Shown here piece after piece: positions 19,232-28,427 of a stretch of 64,000 nucleotides of DNA. Every line of letters starts with the position of its first letter. Position 1 is the first letter of the stretch. The notes under the pieces were generated by a model. It searched no databases. It saw only the letters and a list, made by a program, of their open reading frames with translations, and had not been told where the DNA came from. The DNA comes from a virus. A program made the position numbers and the translations under genes. The DNA lies in IMG/VR virus record IMGVR_UViG_3300003267_000287, positions 1 to 64,000 of that record; one strand, written 5' to 3'.

Positions 19232-19594
19232 TCAGCTGGACGAGTCGCTCAGACTCCGGAGATACCACCGGAGTAGTGGCCGGTTTGCGGTGTTCCATTG
19301 GAAACCTCCTCTCATCCCGTCCTCGGTGTGGCCCTGACACAGGCTCACCAGATGGTCGGGATCACTCGGTGCCCTCACCCCCATCCTTGGATCGTCCTTG
19401 ATGTGGTCCAAGGTCAATTTGCCCCAGCAGGGTCCCGATGTGTTCGGGGCGAGCGGCACGGCCATGCACCCGATGATCGACGCGATCATCCCGCGCCGAC
19501 CCTGGAAGATCGGCTGGCGTGCCTGCCAGTTCTTGATGTCCCGTGTCAGGACCTGGACCCGGAGTTCCGGGGTGACGGGGTCCTTGTGCGGCAT
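19232..19594 (-). CDS. HNH-like protein
   Basis: ELRVQVLTRD...C...C...LTLDHIK...HLVSLCQGH. Confidence 0.65.
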   Translation of the reverse strand: MPHKDPVTPELRVQVLTRDIKNWQARQPIFQGRRGMIASIIGCMAVPLAPNTSGPCWGKLTLDHIKDDPRMGVRAPSDPDHLVSLCQGHTEDGMRGGFQWNTANRPLLRWYLRSLSDSSS

Positions 19595-19952
19595 CTGCGC
19601 GATCCCGAGCCAACGGCTTGTCATCGGCCCGATCCAGCGCCATCGACTTCGCCGCTGTCCAGAAGTATCCCATGGGGTTGCGTCGCGAGGAAGAGGCAGC
19701 GGTCTGGGCACAGCTGAAGTAGGCGAGGGCACAGTCCTCGGGCGAGTAGGCGCAGTCCTCAGACGCATACGGGTTCAGCGTGGCGCAATGACGCTGCCTC
19801 CAGATCTTCCGAAGATCGCCGAACTTCGGGTGGAAGCCGCGCGACTCCCACTCCTGCTGGATCCGGGGATCGATCTGTTCGCTGACGAACGCGCTCGCGA
19901 CGATGCACGGATGGCGTGCAGGACGTCGTCGACGGGTGGTAGATTCCGACAT
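19362..19952 (-). CDS. hypothetical protein
   Basis: ATG start downstream of a predicted promoter; 3' part overlaps the HNH-like ORF. Confidence 0.55.
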   Translation of the reverse strand: MSESTTRRRRPARHPCIVASAFVSEQIDPRIQQEWESRGFHPKFGDLRKIWRQRHCATLNPYASEDCAYSPEDCALAYFSCAQTAASSSRRNPMGYFWTAAKSMALDRADDKPLARDRADAAQGPRHPGTPGPGPDTGHQELAGTPADLPGSARDDRVDHRVHGRAARPEHIGTLLGQIDLGPHQGRSKDGGEGTE

Positions 19953-20039
19953 CTCGTCACCGAAGAGGGGAAGAGGCCGGGCCCCCAGACCCGGCCTCCA
20001 ACCGACGAACCAGTACTCGCCCTACCGGTCCGGACATAG

Positions 20040-20069
20040 AAGGTACCACACTTGTCCACAGGTGTGCAA
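20040..20069 (-). promoter_or_regulatory. sigma70-type promoter
   Basis: TTGCAC-18-TACCTT with TG extension; overlapped by ACAGGTGT repeats. Confidence 0.55.
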
Positions 20070-20330
20070 CAGGTGTGGAGAAGCCGCAAGACCCAGGCTA
20101 GGGCGGACAGCCCGAAGTGGCGCATCCGGGGGCGGACGGAGCCAGCGAAGTCCGAGGGGTTGGGCAGGGCTGGACTACCCGACCTAGAGAAACCCGTCAG
20201 GGGCTGGTGAAGCCCGGGCGCGGATGACCAGACCGTTACTGCTGACCGGGGCGGTGTCATCCGAAGCGTGTCCCGACCGTCGACGGTCCACACAACACGC
20301 ACGCCTTCCGGCAACGGGGGCGTGTGCCCC

Positions 20331-20525
20331 TCACGTCTCTGGTCCTCCAACAGATGAAGCGACCATGAGGACGAGGGCAGCCAGGATGATGGCCGCGAGC
20401 ACGAAGGCGATCAGATCGATCCACCAGGCTGGAGTCCGGGAAGAGGACCGATGATCCGCCCGGGCTTGGATCGCGTACTCGTCGATCAGCAGGATCTCGT
20501 CGAGGCCGAGGTTGGGGTCAAACAT
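20331..20525 (-). CDS. small membrane protein
   Basis: C-terminal TM segment. Confidence 0.55.
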   Translation of the reverse strand: MFDPNLGLDEILLIDEYAIQARADHRSSSRTPAWWIDLIAFVLAAIILAALVLMVASSVGGPET

Positions 20526-20529
20526 GGGA

Positions 20530-20606
20530 TGGAGGCGACGGCGGGATTCGAACCCGCGAGTAGAGGTTTTGCAGACCTCCGTGTTGAACCGCTTCACCAC
20601 GTCGCC
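20530..20606 (-). tRNA. tRNA-Cys(GCA)
   Basis: GGCGACG/CGTCGCC acceptor, loop CTGCAAA, TTCGAAT, encoded CCA. Confidence 0.93.
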
Positions 20607-20611
20607 TTGGA

Positions 20612-21166
20612 TCAGGCACGTCGCTCCTTCCGAGAAGCTGTGGGCCCCGTCTGTCCTTGGTACTTGGAACCGAGTTCATCCTCCCCATACAACCGCCGCG
20701 CCGCGCTCGTCATCCGGTAGAAGCTGATCTGGGCGATCCGCATCCCGGCGTACAGCCGGAGCTTGACCGGGCCGATGTTGCTCAACTCGAGGGTCAGCTG
20801 GCCTTCGAAGCCGGGATCGACGTAGCCCGCGGTCGAGTGGATCATCAGGCCCACCCGGCCGAGCGAGCTCCGGCCCTCCAGCCGCGCGACCATCCCAGCG
20901 CCAATCGAGACGCGCTCGCTGGTCGTGGCAAGGGCGAACTCCCCGGCATCGAGGAAGAGCTCGTTGTTCTCGTGGTCGACGACCATCAGGTCATCGGGTG
21001 GGTCGGTCGGGTCGATGATCCAGTGGCGGTACTTCAGGCGGAACCGGGCGAACCCGAGCCCGAGGTGGAGATCGACCGACGAGGGCTGTACATCTTCCGG
21101 TGAGAACGGATCGATCGAGATCTGGCCCTCCTCGATCGCGGCGAGGATGTCCTGGTCACTGAGCAC
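20612..21166 (-). CDS. dcd: dCTP deaminase
   Basis: LSDQDI, VQPSSVDL, EGRSSLGRVGL, AGYVDPGFEGQLTLE, KYQGQ. Confidence 0.95.
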   Translation of the reverse strand: MLSDQDILAAIEEGQISIDPFSPEDVQPSSVDLHLGLGFARFRLKYRHWIIDPTDPPDDLMVVDHENNELFLDAGEFALATTSERVSIGAGMVARLEGRSSLGRVGLMIHSTAGYVDPGFEGQLTLELSNIGPVKLRLYAGMRIAQISFYRMTSAARRLYGEDELGSKYQGQTGPTASRKERRA

Positions 21167-21437
21167 GGCGAACCTCTCGGCGGCATTCGGGGCACGTCCA
21201 TTCGGGATGATCGATCCGATCGAGCGACGCATTGAAACGGCCGAAGTGACCTCTCAGGTACTCGACCCACATGTAGGCGTCGGCGTAGTCCTTGAACGAG
21301 CTGTGGAGGTGACGACTCCCGCGCTGTCGTTCGTCCGGGAAGTCGACGGTCACGACGATCACAACATCCCCTCTGGCATCGTGATCGGGATCGCCCCGCG
21401 GTTCGGGACGATCCCCCAACCGTTGCAGCCGATGCAC
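21156..21437 (-). CDS. small hypothetical protein (start likely near 21365)
   Basis: fills operon gap; CPEC. Confidence 0.5.
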   Translation of the reverse strand: MHRLQRLGDRPEPRGDPDHDARGDVVIVVTVDFPDERQRGSRHLHSSFKDYADAYMWVEYLRGHFGRFNASLDRIDHPEWTCPECRREVRRAQ

Positions 21438-21859
21438 GGCTGCTTCTTGAGAAACGGATCCTTGTGGCGCAGCTCCTCGAGACCCTCGTAGAAGTACTTC
21501 CGGGTCTTCGCTCGACAGCGGCCGCAGACCGCCACGTTCCCGAACACGATCGGTGACGGCAGGGTCGTGAACTTCAGGTCCTGTGGGACGTCGACCGGGG
21601 CCTCTTCGGTCAGATCACGAAGCGGACTGACCCGCGGGCCCATCGCGTAGCGGTACTGCCAGATGTCCCGACGGGGGTCGGGGTGACGGCGTTCTTCGAT
21701 CTTGTAGCCGGATGCGCGCAGCTCGCGCAGGCGGCGAAGTCCCTCAGACCCCCCGACCTCTTCGGTCGCGAGCTTGCTCCCATCCACCCAGTTCCCTCTG
21801 GCTTGGATCAGGGCGTCCAGGATCTGCTGCTTGCGGGTCCTCTCGCTCAGGTTGGGCAT
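21359..21859 (-). CDS. winged-HTH-like plus zinc-finger protein
   Basis: RRLRELRASGYKIE; CGRC...CIGCNG. Confidence 0.6.
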   Translation of the reverse strand: MPNLSERTRKQQILDALIQARGNWVDGSKLATEEVGGSEGLRRLRELRASGYKIEERRHPDPRRDIWQYRYAMGPRVSPLRDLTEEAPVDVPQDLKFTTLPSPIVFGNVAVCGRCRAKTRKYFYEGLEELRHKDPFLKKQPCIGCNGWGIVPNRGAIPITMPEGML

Positions 21860-22076
21860 ACAGCTCCCATCCCTTCTCGTCAGCGAGGCGCTGAAGCTCC
21901 TCCCTCGTGGCGTCGATCAGGGCCATGGCCCGGTTGAACCCATGGGTGGCGTCGGCCTGGCCCTTCCAGCGGAACCGCTCGCGAGATACCCGGGCTCGCT
22001 CCTCCCAGAGCAATCGGAAGAGGAGCTTCGCCTGATCTTCGCGGACGCGGATCCGCCCGTATGGCCAATCAGCCAT
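21744..22076 (-). CDS. hypothetical protein
   Basis: coupled to the ERF stop. Confidence 0.55.
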   Translation of the reverse strand: MADWPYGRIRVREDQAKLLFRLLWEERARVSRERFRWKGQADATHGFNRAMALIDATREELQRLADEKGWELYAQPEREDPQAADPGRPDPSQRELGGWEQARDRRGRGV

Positions 22077-22968
22077 ATGGATACCCAGCGGCTTCGGCCT
22101 CGTCGCGCCACCGGTCGTTCTTATCGGCGACGTCCTGGAGATCCTCTGCGCTATTCCGATCCGTTTGTGGGATCAGGGCAGCCAGAAGCCGACCAGCATC
22201 TTCCGATGACAGGTTCTTCACGATCTCGAGAACCGCCTTGCTCCGCTCCGCCTCATCGTCGGGGAGAACGAACGGCTGGACCTCGAGCGTCGTCTCGATC
22301 AGCTTCACGAACTCGGTCCGGTCCAGGCCAGCGGCCTTCTGGGCCTCGCTGATCCGCCGGATCTGGATCGGTGATGCCAGGGTGGTGTGTCCGCCTCGCT
22401 GGACTCCAGCTCGACTGCCGCTCGTGACGCGGGTGGGACGAGCTGGGCGATCTTGGGCAGCCACGCGCTCATCAACCCGGGTGTCCGACTCGGGGTCGTC
22501 GCCGGTGTCGATCTTGAAGAGCTTCATCAACGCGTACTTCTGGGAGCCGGTGATCGCCTTGTACACGCCCTTGTCGCCACGGTCGGCGCCGTAGCCCGGC
22601 ATCCGGAAGCTGAACGACTCCTTGCCGTCGGTGACCTTGTACTCGATCTCGATCGTCGTCAGCTCCCCCTCACGGGACACGCTGTAGGCGTCGGGGATGA
22701 TGATGATCCCAGCCGCAGCAAGGTACTGACGGACGGCCGAGACGAGGTCGCTCTCGGTCACGTAGTGGTACTTGTGGAAGGCGTTGTAGCCGCGCTTCTG
22801 GACCCCGCCGATCATCCCCGTGATCTTGGCGATCTTCTGGAACAGGTTCAGGTTGTCGAAGTCGGGCTCGAAGACATGGATCGCGGCGTCGACGAGATCG
22901 GTCTGGGTCCCGTCAGCGGGCGGGTCATCCGTCGATGGGTTCGGTGGGGTCGTCCGACGACCGGGCAT
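22069..22968 (-). CDS. ERF-family single-strand annealing protein
   Basis: KRGYNAFHKYHY; GDKGVYKAITGSQKYALMKLFKIDTGDDPE. Confidence 0.85.
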   Translation of the reverse strand: MPGRRTTPPNPSTDDPPADGTQTDLVDAAIHVFEPDFDNLNLFQKIAKITGMIGGVQKRGYNAFHKYHYVTESDLVSAVRQYLAAAGIIIIPDAYSVSREGELTTIEIEYKVTDGKESFSFRMPGYGADRGDKGVYKAITGSQKYALMKLFKIDTGDDPESDTRVDERVAAQDRPARPTRVTSGSRAGVQRGGHTTLASPIQIRRISEAQKAAGLDRTEFVKLIETTLEVQPFVLPDDEAERSKAVLEIVKNLSSEDAGRLLAALIPQTDRNSAEDLQDVADKNDRWRDEAEAAGYPYG

Positions 22969-23015
22969 GGTCCTCCTCCTCTACCTGGGCTTTCGGGAAC
23001 ACCTCATCGAAGCGC

Positions 23016-23249
23016 TCACGAAACGATCGGAGCTCCTCCTGGAGCTTCAGGAGCATCGTCAAGATTGCCTGCTCCGTCATCCTCCTCCTCGTAGAGATCG
23101 TGGTCGTGTGGGTGCCGGTGGAGGCCGACGGGTTCGCCGCCAACCTCCACCGGGTGCCGGTGTGGCCGTCCCCACTGATGGGCTTCGGGATGGCTGTGCT
23201 CGATCGTTCGAGGTCCGCCCTCCCAGTTATGCCGGTGGCGGTGCGTCAC
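23016..23249 (-). CDS. small His-rich protein
   Basis: HRHRH, HSH, HRH, HRHPHDH; GTGA coupling. Confidence 0.55.
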   Translation of the reverse strand: MTHRHRHNWEGGPRTIEHSHPEAHQWGRPHRHPVEVGGEPVGLHRHPHDHDLYEEEDDGAGNLDDAPEAPGGAPIVS

Positions 23250-24031
23250 CGCGCGTCAGCGTAGGCGTCACAGATGTCCCGGTAGCCGCACCAGCCACAG
23301 GCGTGGTTCTGGAGCCCGGTCGGAAGGAAGATTCCCTCCAGGATCGCCCGGTTGACCATCTCGAGGACGCCTGCGAAGGCGTCGATCGCTCGATCGGGCA
23401 CGGGGCCGTCAGAAGCGACCGGCCAGTGGTACGGGTTCTGTGTGCGAACCATGTAGTCAAGGACGACATCGGCCTCCTTCTCCCCCGTCTCGTGACGGTA
23501 GCCGACGGCGTATCCAATCATCGCCAGTCGGTAGTCGCCCGATCCCTGCGGACGACGCTTGGTGTACTTGTGGTCCCGGACGCGCCCCGTCGTGTCGACG
23601 AGGTCGATCGTGTAGCTGTACGGGATGTCGTTGACGTGGACGAGCCCCTCGTGCTCGACCCACAACGGCTCGATCTCGGGCGCGACCTTCTCGTGGTAGA
23701 CGGTCAGCGTCTTGACGCCGGAGTCCTTGGCCTGCCCGCGGGTCTCGGGGCCCTCCTCCAGATCCTCTTGAGCCTCCCCGACCCCGGCATCGAAGGCGGT
23801 GCTGAAGATGTCGAGAACATCGTCGGTCGGAAGATCCTCGTGGGTCTCGATCTTCTGCTTGTAGTTGACCTCCTCGGCAGCGTGGGCCGAGTTCCCGAGA
23901 ACCATCCGGAGCGAGGGCGGCCGCTTGAACTCGTAGACGTAGGCGTACTCCCACTGCTTGGCGCAGCGCATGAACGTCGCGATCGACGACGCGCTGAACG
24001 GCTGGAGGAGCTCAGCCTCGTCGGCTGCCAT
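23246..24031 (-). CDS. PD-(D/E)XK nuclease (RecB/AddB-like)
   Basis: SASSIATFMRC, GNSAH, IDLVD, DHKYT, CGWCGYRDIC. Confidence 0.9.
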   Translation of the reverse strand: MAADEAELLQPFSASSIATFMRCAKQWEYAYVYEFKRPPSLRMVLGNSAHAAEEVNYKQKIETHEDLPTDDVLDIFSTAFDAGVGEAQEDLEEGPETRGQAKDSGVKTLTVYHEKVAPEIEPLWVEHEGLVHVNDIPYSYTIDLVDTTGRVRDHKYTKRRPQGSGDYRLAMIGYAVGYRHETGEKEADVVLDYMVRTQNPYHWPVASDGPVPDRAIDAFAGVLEMVNRAILEGIFLPTGLQNHACGWCGYRDICDAYADAR

Positions 24032-24653
24032 GGCCCATCACCATCTCGTCCCAGTAGCCCATCGGGAAGATCACCCGCTCCCAGATCTGGAAGTTGTTGT
24101 CGTGGAACCAGTTGGCCCAGTCGGTCTTCGTGTAGCTCCAGACGTGGCCCGGCTCGTACGGGGGATCGGGTTCGTTCAGGGGGTGGCCGATCAGGGCCCA
24201 GTCGGCATGGGGCATCCAGCGCCTCGTGAGCGTGATCGGGTCGTGGACGTGCTCCAAGAACTCAGTCATCACGAGCAGGTCGCAGTCGATCGGCTCGAGC
24301 TCTTCCACCGGGCTGATGATCGTCTTCATGTTTGGGTAGCGCTTGGCGATCTTCTCAGCCGCGATCGGAACGACATCGACCCCGATCACTTCGATCCGGC
24401 TGGTGTTGATCAGACCGCGGGGTGTGACGTACGTCTCGCCGTCGCTGTACGGGCCGCTGACGTCACCGGCGCCACAGCCGAGCTCGACGATCCTGACGTT
24501 CTTGGCGTGGAGGTCCTTGATCAGGATCTTCTCGATGAACATCCGGGCCAGATCGACCCGGCCGGGCTGGCCGACATCGAACTCGGGGGCGTCGTTGCGG
24601 TTCGTGTGGTAGCCGAGCTGCTGCTCGAGCGTGCGGTTCCCGCGCCGTTCCAT
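24012..24653 (-). CDS. class I SAM-dependent methyltransferase
   Basis: IVELGCGAG, IGVDV, TEFLEHV. Confidence 0.85.
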   Translation of the reverse strand: MERRGNRTLEQQLGYHTNRNDAPEFDVGQPGRVDLARMFIEKILIKDLHAKNVRIVELGCGAGDVSGPYSDGETYVTPRGLINTSRIEVIGVDVVPIAAEKIAKRYPNMKTIISPVEELEPIDCDLLVMTEFLEHVHDPITLTRRWMPHADWALIGHPLNEPDPPYEPGHVWSYTKTDWANWFHDNNFQIWERVIFPMGYWDEMVMGHGSRRG

Positions 24654-24993
24654 CTAGCCCTCCAGGTCGTGACGAAGGCCCGGATGCCGCGACGAGCGAC
24701 GAGTTCCTCGCGGCGAATTGGAAATGGACCCTACGCGCGCGCGCATCGCTGCACGCACGGTAGGGTCCGCAGGTTCGACGAGCGCAAGAAGTTGCGCAAG
24801 CCGTCGTCGTCCAATGTTGTGGACGACCTTGGTGGACCAGAGCGACCGCGGATTGTCGGCCGCGAGACGCTCGACCAAGCGCCGACTGACGTACGGACCG
24901 TCCAGCAGGAGCCTGACCAAGAGGACAAGCTCCCGCTGGCTGTGCGCGTCAAGTCGGGCACGGGTCACATGGGTGATGGTACCACGCTGAGGA

Positions 24994-25413
24994 TCACCTG
25001 AGCCCCAGTTCTCGGGTGACCGTGTCGTACTTGTCGGTGGTGTGGAGGACGTTGTCCTCGTCCTTGGTGAGGTACTCCGCTGAGAGGAACGTCTGGATCC
25101 GCTCTCGGCCGATCTGGAGACGACCGGCGTCGATCGGATCGTAGGCGTTCGACCTCTTGTACCCCCGCGGCCGCAAGGCAACCGGGTTGTTCTCCCTGTA
25201 CAGCGCTCGCTGGCTTTCCCGGCGCCGCTCCGTTCGTCGGATGGCGGCTCCCGGTGGGACCCGCCGTCCGAGCTCCGTCTTCAGCTCCAGATACGAGATG
25301 GACGAGCGACCGTGCAGGATCTCGACAAGCGTCGGGAGATGCCTCGAGCGTGGGGCGAATCCATCAGGGATCCGTCGGCCTCGGCGATCGACCCTCTCGG
25401 TCGTCGTGGTCAT
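24994..25413 (-). CDS. hypothetical, possibly DNA-binding protein
   Basis: 139 aa basic; ATGA coupling. Confidence 0.6.
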   Translation of the reverse strand: MTTTTERVDRRGRRIPDGFAPRSRHLPTLVEILHGRSSISYLELKTELGRRVPPGAAIRRTERRRESQRALYRENNPVALRPRGYKRSNAYDPIDAGRLQIGRERIQTFLSAEYLTKDEDNVLHTTDKYDTVTRELGLR

Positions 25414-26357
25414 GCCAGCGCCGCCTCCATCGCCTCCAGCCGAGACTTGGCAGCCCGGAGCCGATCGAGCAGCGCCGTGCGCTCGTCGTCACCGAACAGC
25501 GTGCGGTCGACGTCGGCCGGATCGAGTGACTCGGCGTAGGCGATCGCTCGGTTCAGTCGGAGCATCGAACGAGGCACCGATCGACCCCCGACCGTCAGCT
25601 TGATCCGGGCAGCGTAGCGCTCCCGGGCCTCGTCGACGAGGGCCATCTGGGCCGACTCGCTCGGCGCGTCGTTGATCTTGGTGATCAGATCCGACAGGTC
25701 ACCCTGCGAGATCTTCGCCAGGATCGTCAGCTCAGCGAGCGCCTTGAACACGACGTCGCTGCGGACGTTGTCGAGGCGCGACCGGTTCGTCCGGTTGAGC
25801 TCCGTTCGGCGCTCGACCTCGAGGAGGGCGAGGCGTCGATCGGTTCGGGCGATCGAGAGCTCGTAGCGGAGCTCCTGCCGGGGCACGTTGAGCATCCGGG
25901 CCGCGTCGTTCTGGCTGACACCGGCGGTGTCAACGAGATAGACGGCGTGCGCCTTGCGCTCTTCGGGCGTGGTCGGCATCCCGTGGCGGGTGTTCGCGTC
26001 GAACGTGAGGATGCTCAGCTGACGGTCCGACGCGCCCTTGACGACGTATGCCGAGATCGTTTCCTTCCCGGCGACCCGGGAGGCAGCGTAACGGTGGTTT
26101 CCATCGAGGATGAGGAACCCACCGGGGCCCTTGGCGACGACGATCGGCGGGAACTTCGCCCCGCCCTGCATGGCCTCGGCGTAGGTGCCGACGAGATGCT
26201 CGTCGAGCGCCTGGAAGCGGGCCTGATTGCGGAGCGAGCGAGCCTCGTTGATGTCAGCGAGGTCGATCGTCTGGAGCTCGAACTCGGCGCCGTGGCTGGA
26301 CAGCCACGCCTCGGTCTCGGCGCTCGTCGTGTTGGGCTTGGTGGCAGTAGCGGTCAT
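25410..26357 (-). CDS. ParB N-terminal domain protein
   Basis: FPPIVV...ILDGNHRYAA...ANTRHG, followed by HTH-like segment. Confidence 0.85.
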   Translation of the reverse strand: MTATATKPNTTSAETEAWLSSHGAEFELQTIDLADINEARSLRNQARFQALDEHLVGTYAEAMQGGAKFPPIVVAKGPGGFLILDGNHRYAASRVAGKETISAYVVKGASDRQLSILTFDANTRHGMPTTPEERKAHAVYLVDTAGVSQNDAARMLNVPRQELRYELSIARTDRRLALLEVERRTELNRTNRSRLDNVRSDVVFKALAELTILAKISQGDLSDLITKINDAPSESAQMALVDEARERYAARIKLTVGGRSVPRSMLRLNRAIAYAESLDPADVDRTLFGDDERTALLDRLRAAKSRLEAMEAALA

Positions 26358-26965
26358 AGTGACTCTCCGTGCGGGGCTGACTTCGCTCGGTACTCGAGGA
26401 AGTCGATGAGTGGAAGGACGGCGACAACGCCGACCAGATCCGGCCGATCGGCCGGAATGTCGATCTCGGACTCGAACGCGTCGAGCGCCTTGTGCGGATC
26501 GAACTTGATGCCGAGACCATCGGCGATCTCGCGCAGCTTCTCGAGCCGCTCGCCCATCGCCGCCCGGTCGGGACCGAGCGCTCGTGCCTCAGCGACGAGC
26601 TTGCGTGCTCGCTCGATCTCTGGCGTCCCATCGACGACACGCTTGGTCTTCGGCTCGTACTGTGGGAGGGCGCGGGTCGTCAGGTAGTCCAGGGTCCGCC
26701 GTAGCGCCTCGTCGTGCGGGACCAGCAGCGTCCAGAGACTCCGTCGTCCGAACCTCCCATTTGGGTCGAACAGGACGATGGTGCGGCTCAGGACACCGAT
26801 GGACTCCCACAGTCGGGCGAGTCGAGTTGAGGTGGAGTTCGGGACCGGCAGCGTCTCTGCATTGAACGAGAACTCCTCTCCGACCTGGTGCTCGGAGTAC
26901 AGAAACGCTAGCGCCTTGGTCGCGTGCTCCTTGTTCTTGTTGAAGTTATCTTGGGTGACTGCCAT
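26354..26965 (-). CDS. hypothetical protein
   Basis: 203 aa; AGGAG SD. Confidence 0.7.
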   Translation of the reverse strand: MAVTQDNFNKNKEHATKALAFLYSEHQVGEEFSFNAETLPVPNSTSTRLARLWESIGVLSRTIVLFDPNGRFGRRSLWTLLVPHDEALRRTLDYLTTRALPQYEPKTKRVVDGTPEIERARKLVAEARALGPDRAAMGERLEKLREIADGLGIKFDPHKALDAFESEIDIPADRPDLVGVVAVLPLIDFLEYRAKSAPHGESL

Positions 26966-26971
26966 ATAGTT

Positions 26972-27457
26972 TCAGCTCCTGCTTGCCCAGCGCCTCGCGG
27001 GTGGTGTGACCTCATCCCCATGTGAAATCAGCCAGCGCGCAACGAGTCTGGACTCCAGCGTCATCTTTCGGGTAAACCGGACGTGAAAGATCTCTAGGGC
27101 CGTCCGCGAAGCCCAGCTGTTCTCGGCGTAGATCTGCATGGCTCGACTCAGTGAGTCGAAATGGAGGATCCGGTCTCGAGCGACGAGTCGCAGGAAGTTC
27201 CGGAGTCCGTGACGAGTCACGCGCCGGGGTGTCCAGTGGACGGTGCCCCGAGCGACGACTCCCTTCTCGTGCTCCTCAATCCCGTAGCCGCAACCCTCCT
27301 CGGGGCCCGGGCAGAACCGGGCCCCAATGGCGGCGGCAACGTCGGCGTAGGACCGCACGTAGCCTCCATGGATGAGCCAGTACTGACGGATCTGTGTCAG
27401 CCAGTCCTGACGGTGATCAACGAGACGGAGTCCGGGTGAACGGAGCATGTCCGACAC
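26972..27457 (-). CDS. hypothetical protein
   Basis: 161 aa in operon. Confidence 0.6.
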   Translation of the reverse strand: MSDMLRSPGLRLVDHRQDWLTQIRQYWLIHGGYVRSYADVAAAIGARFCPGPEEGCGYGIEEHEKGVVARGTVHWTPRRVTRHGLRNFLRLVARDRILHFDSLSRAMQIYAENSWASRTALEIFHVRFTRKMTLESRLVARWLISHGDEVTPPARRWASRS

Positions 27458-27923
27458 TCGTCGCCATCTCAGTCAGTTCCTTGGACGGGACAATCAGCCC
27501 GTTCTGTAGGAACGAATAGGTAGTAGCCCCCTCGGCCACGATCAGGCTGTCCTCGAAGAACAGTCCGGCGGCGTTCGCCGCGTCCATGACCTTGTGGACC
27601 ATGTCCACGTCGTACATCGTTGGCTGGGCATCACCCGACGGGTGGTTGTGGGCGATCTGGAAACGATCAGCTCCTGACAACAGGACCGCAGTCAACAGCG
27701 CAGGGATCGGAACCGCTACCTCGTGGTAGCCACCGACGGCGACCTCGGTCACCGTTCGGATTTGCTCGATCCCGTCATAGGCAACGGCCCACAGCCGTTC
27801 CTGGTTGGAGTCGGTCAGGCCCCACTCTCGGAAGAGACAGTCAAGATCCGCAGCAGTGGGCATCTCCTTCTCGATGCGCAATTGCACGCTGGCAAAGCGA
27901 TCGACGTTCATCGCAATCTCCAT
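27417..27923 (-). CDS. RadC-like JAB domain protein
   Basis: QERLW; IAHNHPSGDAQPTMYD; FEDSLIV. Confidence 0.85.
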   Translation of the reverse strand: MEIAMNVDRFASVQLRIEKEMPTAADLDCLFREWGLTDSNQERLWAVAYDGIEQIRTVTEVAVGGYHEVAVPIPALLTAVLLSGADRFQIAHNHPSGDAQPTMYDVDMVHKVMDAANAAGLFFEDSLIVAEGATTYSFLQNGLIVPSKELTEMATSVGHAPFTRTPSR

Positions 27924-27974
27924 TTGGTACGTGTCGCCTCACCCACGGTCGTCACCCGTGGGTCCTCAGCGATC

Positions 27975-28352
27975 TCAGAATGAGAGGTCGGCGAGATCCG
28001 TTACGTCCGCCGGAGCCTCGGGTTGGGTCACTAGATCTTCCGGTCGACGATCGAGGAACTCGACCGATCGACACTTAACGATCGTCTTGGAACGCTTGGC
28101 GCCGGTCTTCTTGTCGTCCCACTTCTCGGTGGCGAGCGATCCCGTCACGAGGACCTTGCGGCCCTTACGGGTGTACTCAGCGACCAGCTCGGCGAGCTTC
28201 TCCCATGCGACGCAGTCCAGGTACTCGGTCGTGCGCCGCTCCCCGCTCCCCTCGTTGATGGCGATGGAGAACTGAGTCACGGCCTTCCCGGAGTTCGTGT
28301 ACCGCATCTCGGGATCTCGGGTGAGGTTGCCCGTCGCGATCACAAGGTTCAC
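27975..28352 (-). CDS. ssb: single-stranded DNA-binding protein
   Basis: GNLTRDPEMRYT; KGRKVLVTGSL; acidic tail ending DLSF. Confidence 0.95.
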   Translation of the reverse strand: MNLVIATGNLTRDPEMRYTNSGKAVTQFSIAINEGSGERRTTEYLDCVAWEKLAELVAEYTRKGRKVLVTGSLATEKWDDKKTGAKRSKTIVKCRSVEFLDRRPEDLVTQPEAPADVTDLADLSF

Positions 28353-28387
28353 AGGACGCAGGCTCCTGATATGGGTGAGGAGCCACT

Positions 28388-28417
28388 AGTATACACGGGT
28401 TGTCAACACGTGGTCAA
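28388..28417 (-). promoter_or_regulatory. sigma70-type promoter for ssb operon
   Basis: TTGACC-18-TATACT; adjacent ACACCTGTG-gat-CACAGGTGT palindrome. Confidence 0.7.
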
Positions 28418-28427
28418 CACCTGTGGA

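Noticed and set aside
20530-20606. tRNA-Cys as prophage attachment junction
   Set aside because: Phage-type genes on both sides, no integrase or duplicated tRNA end
23246-24031. Cas4/CRISPR system
   Set aside because: RecB-like nuclease beside ERF is a standard phage recombination pair; no array or other cas genes
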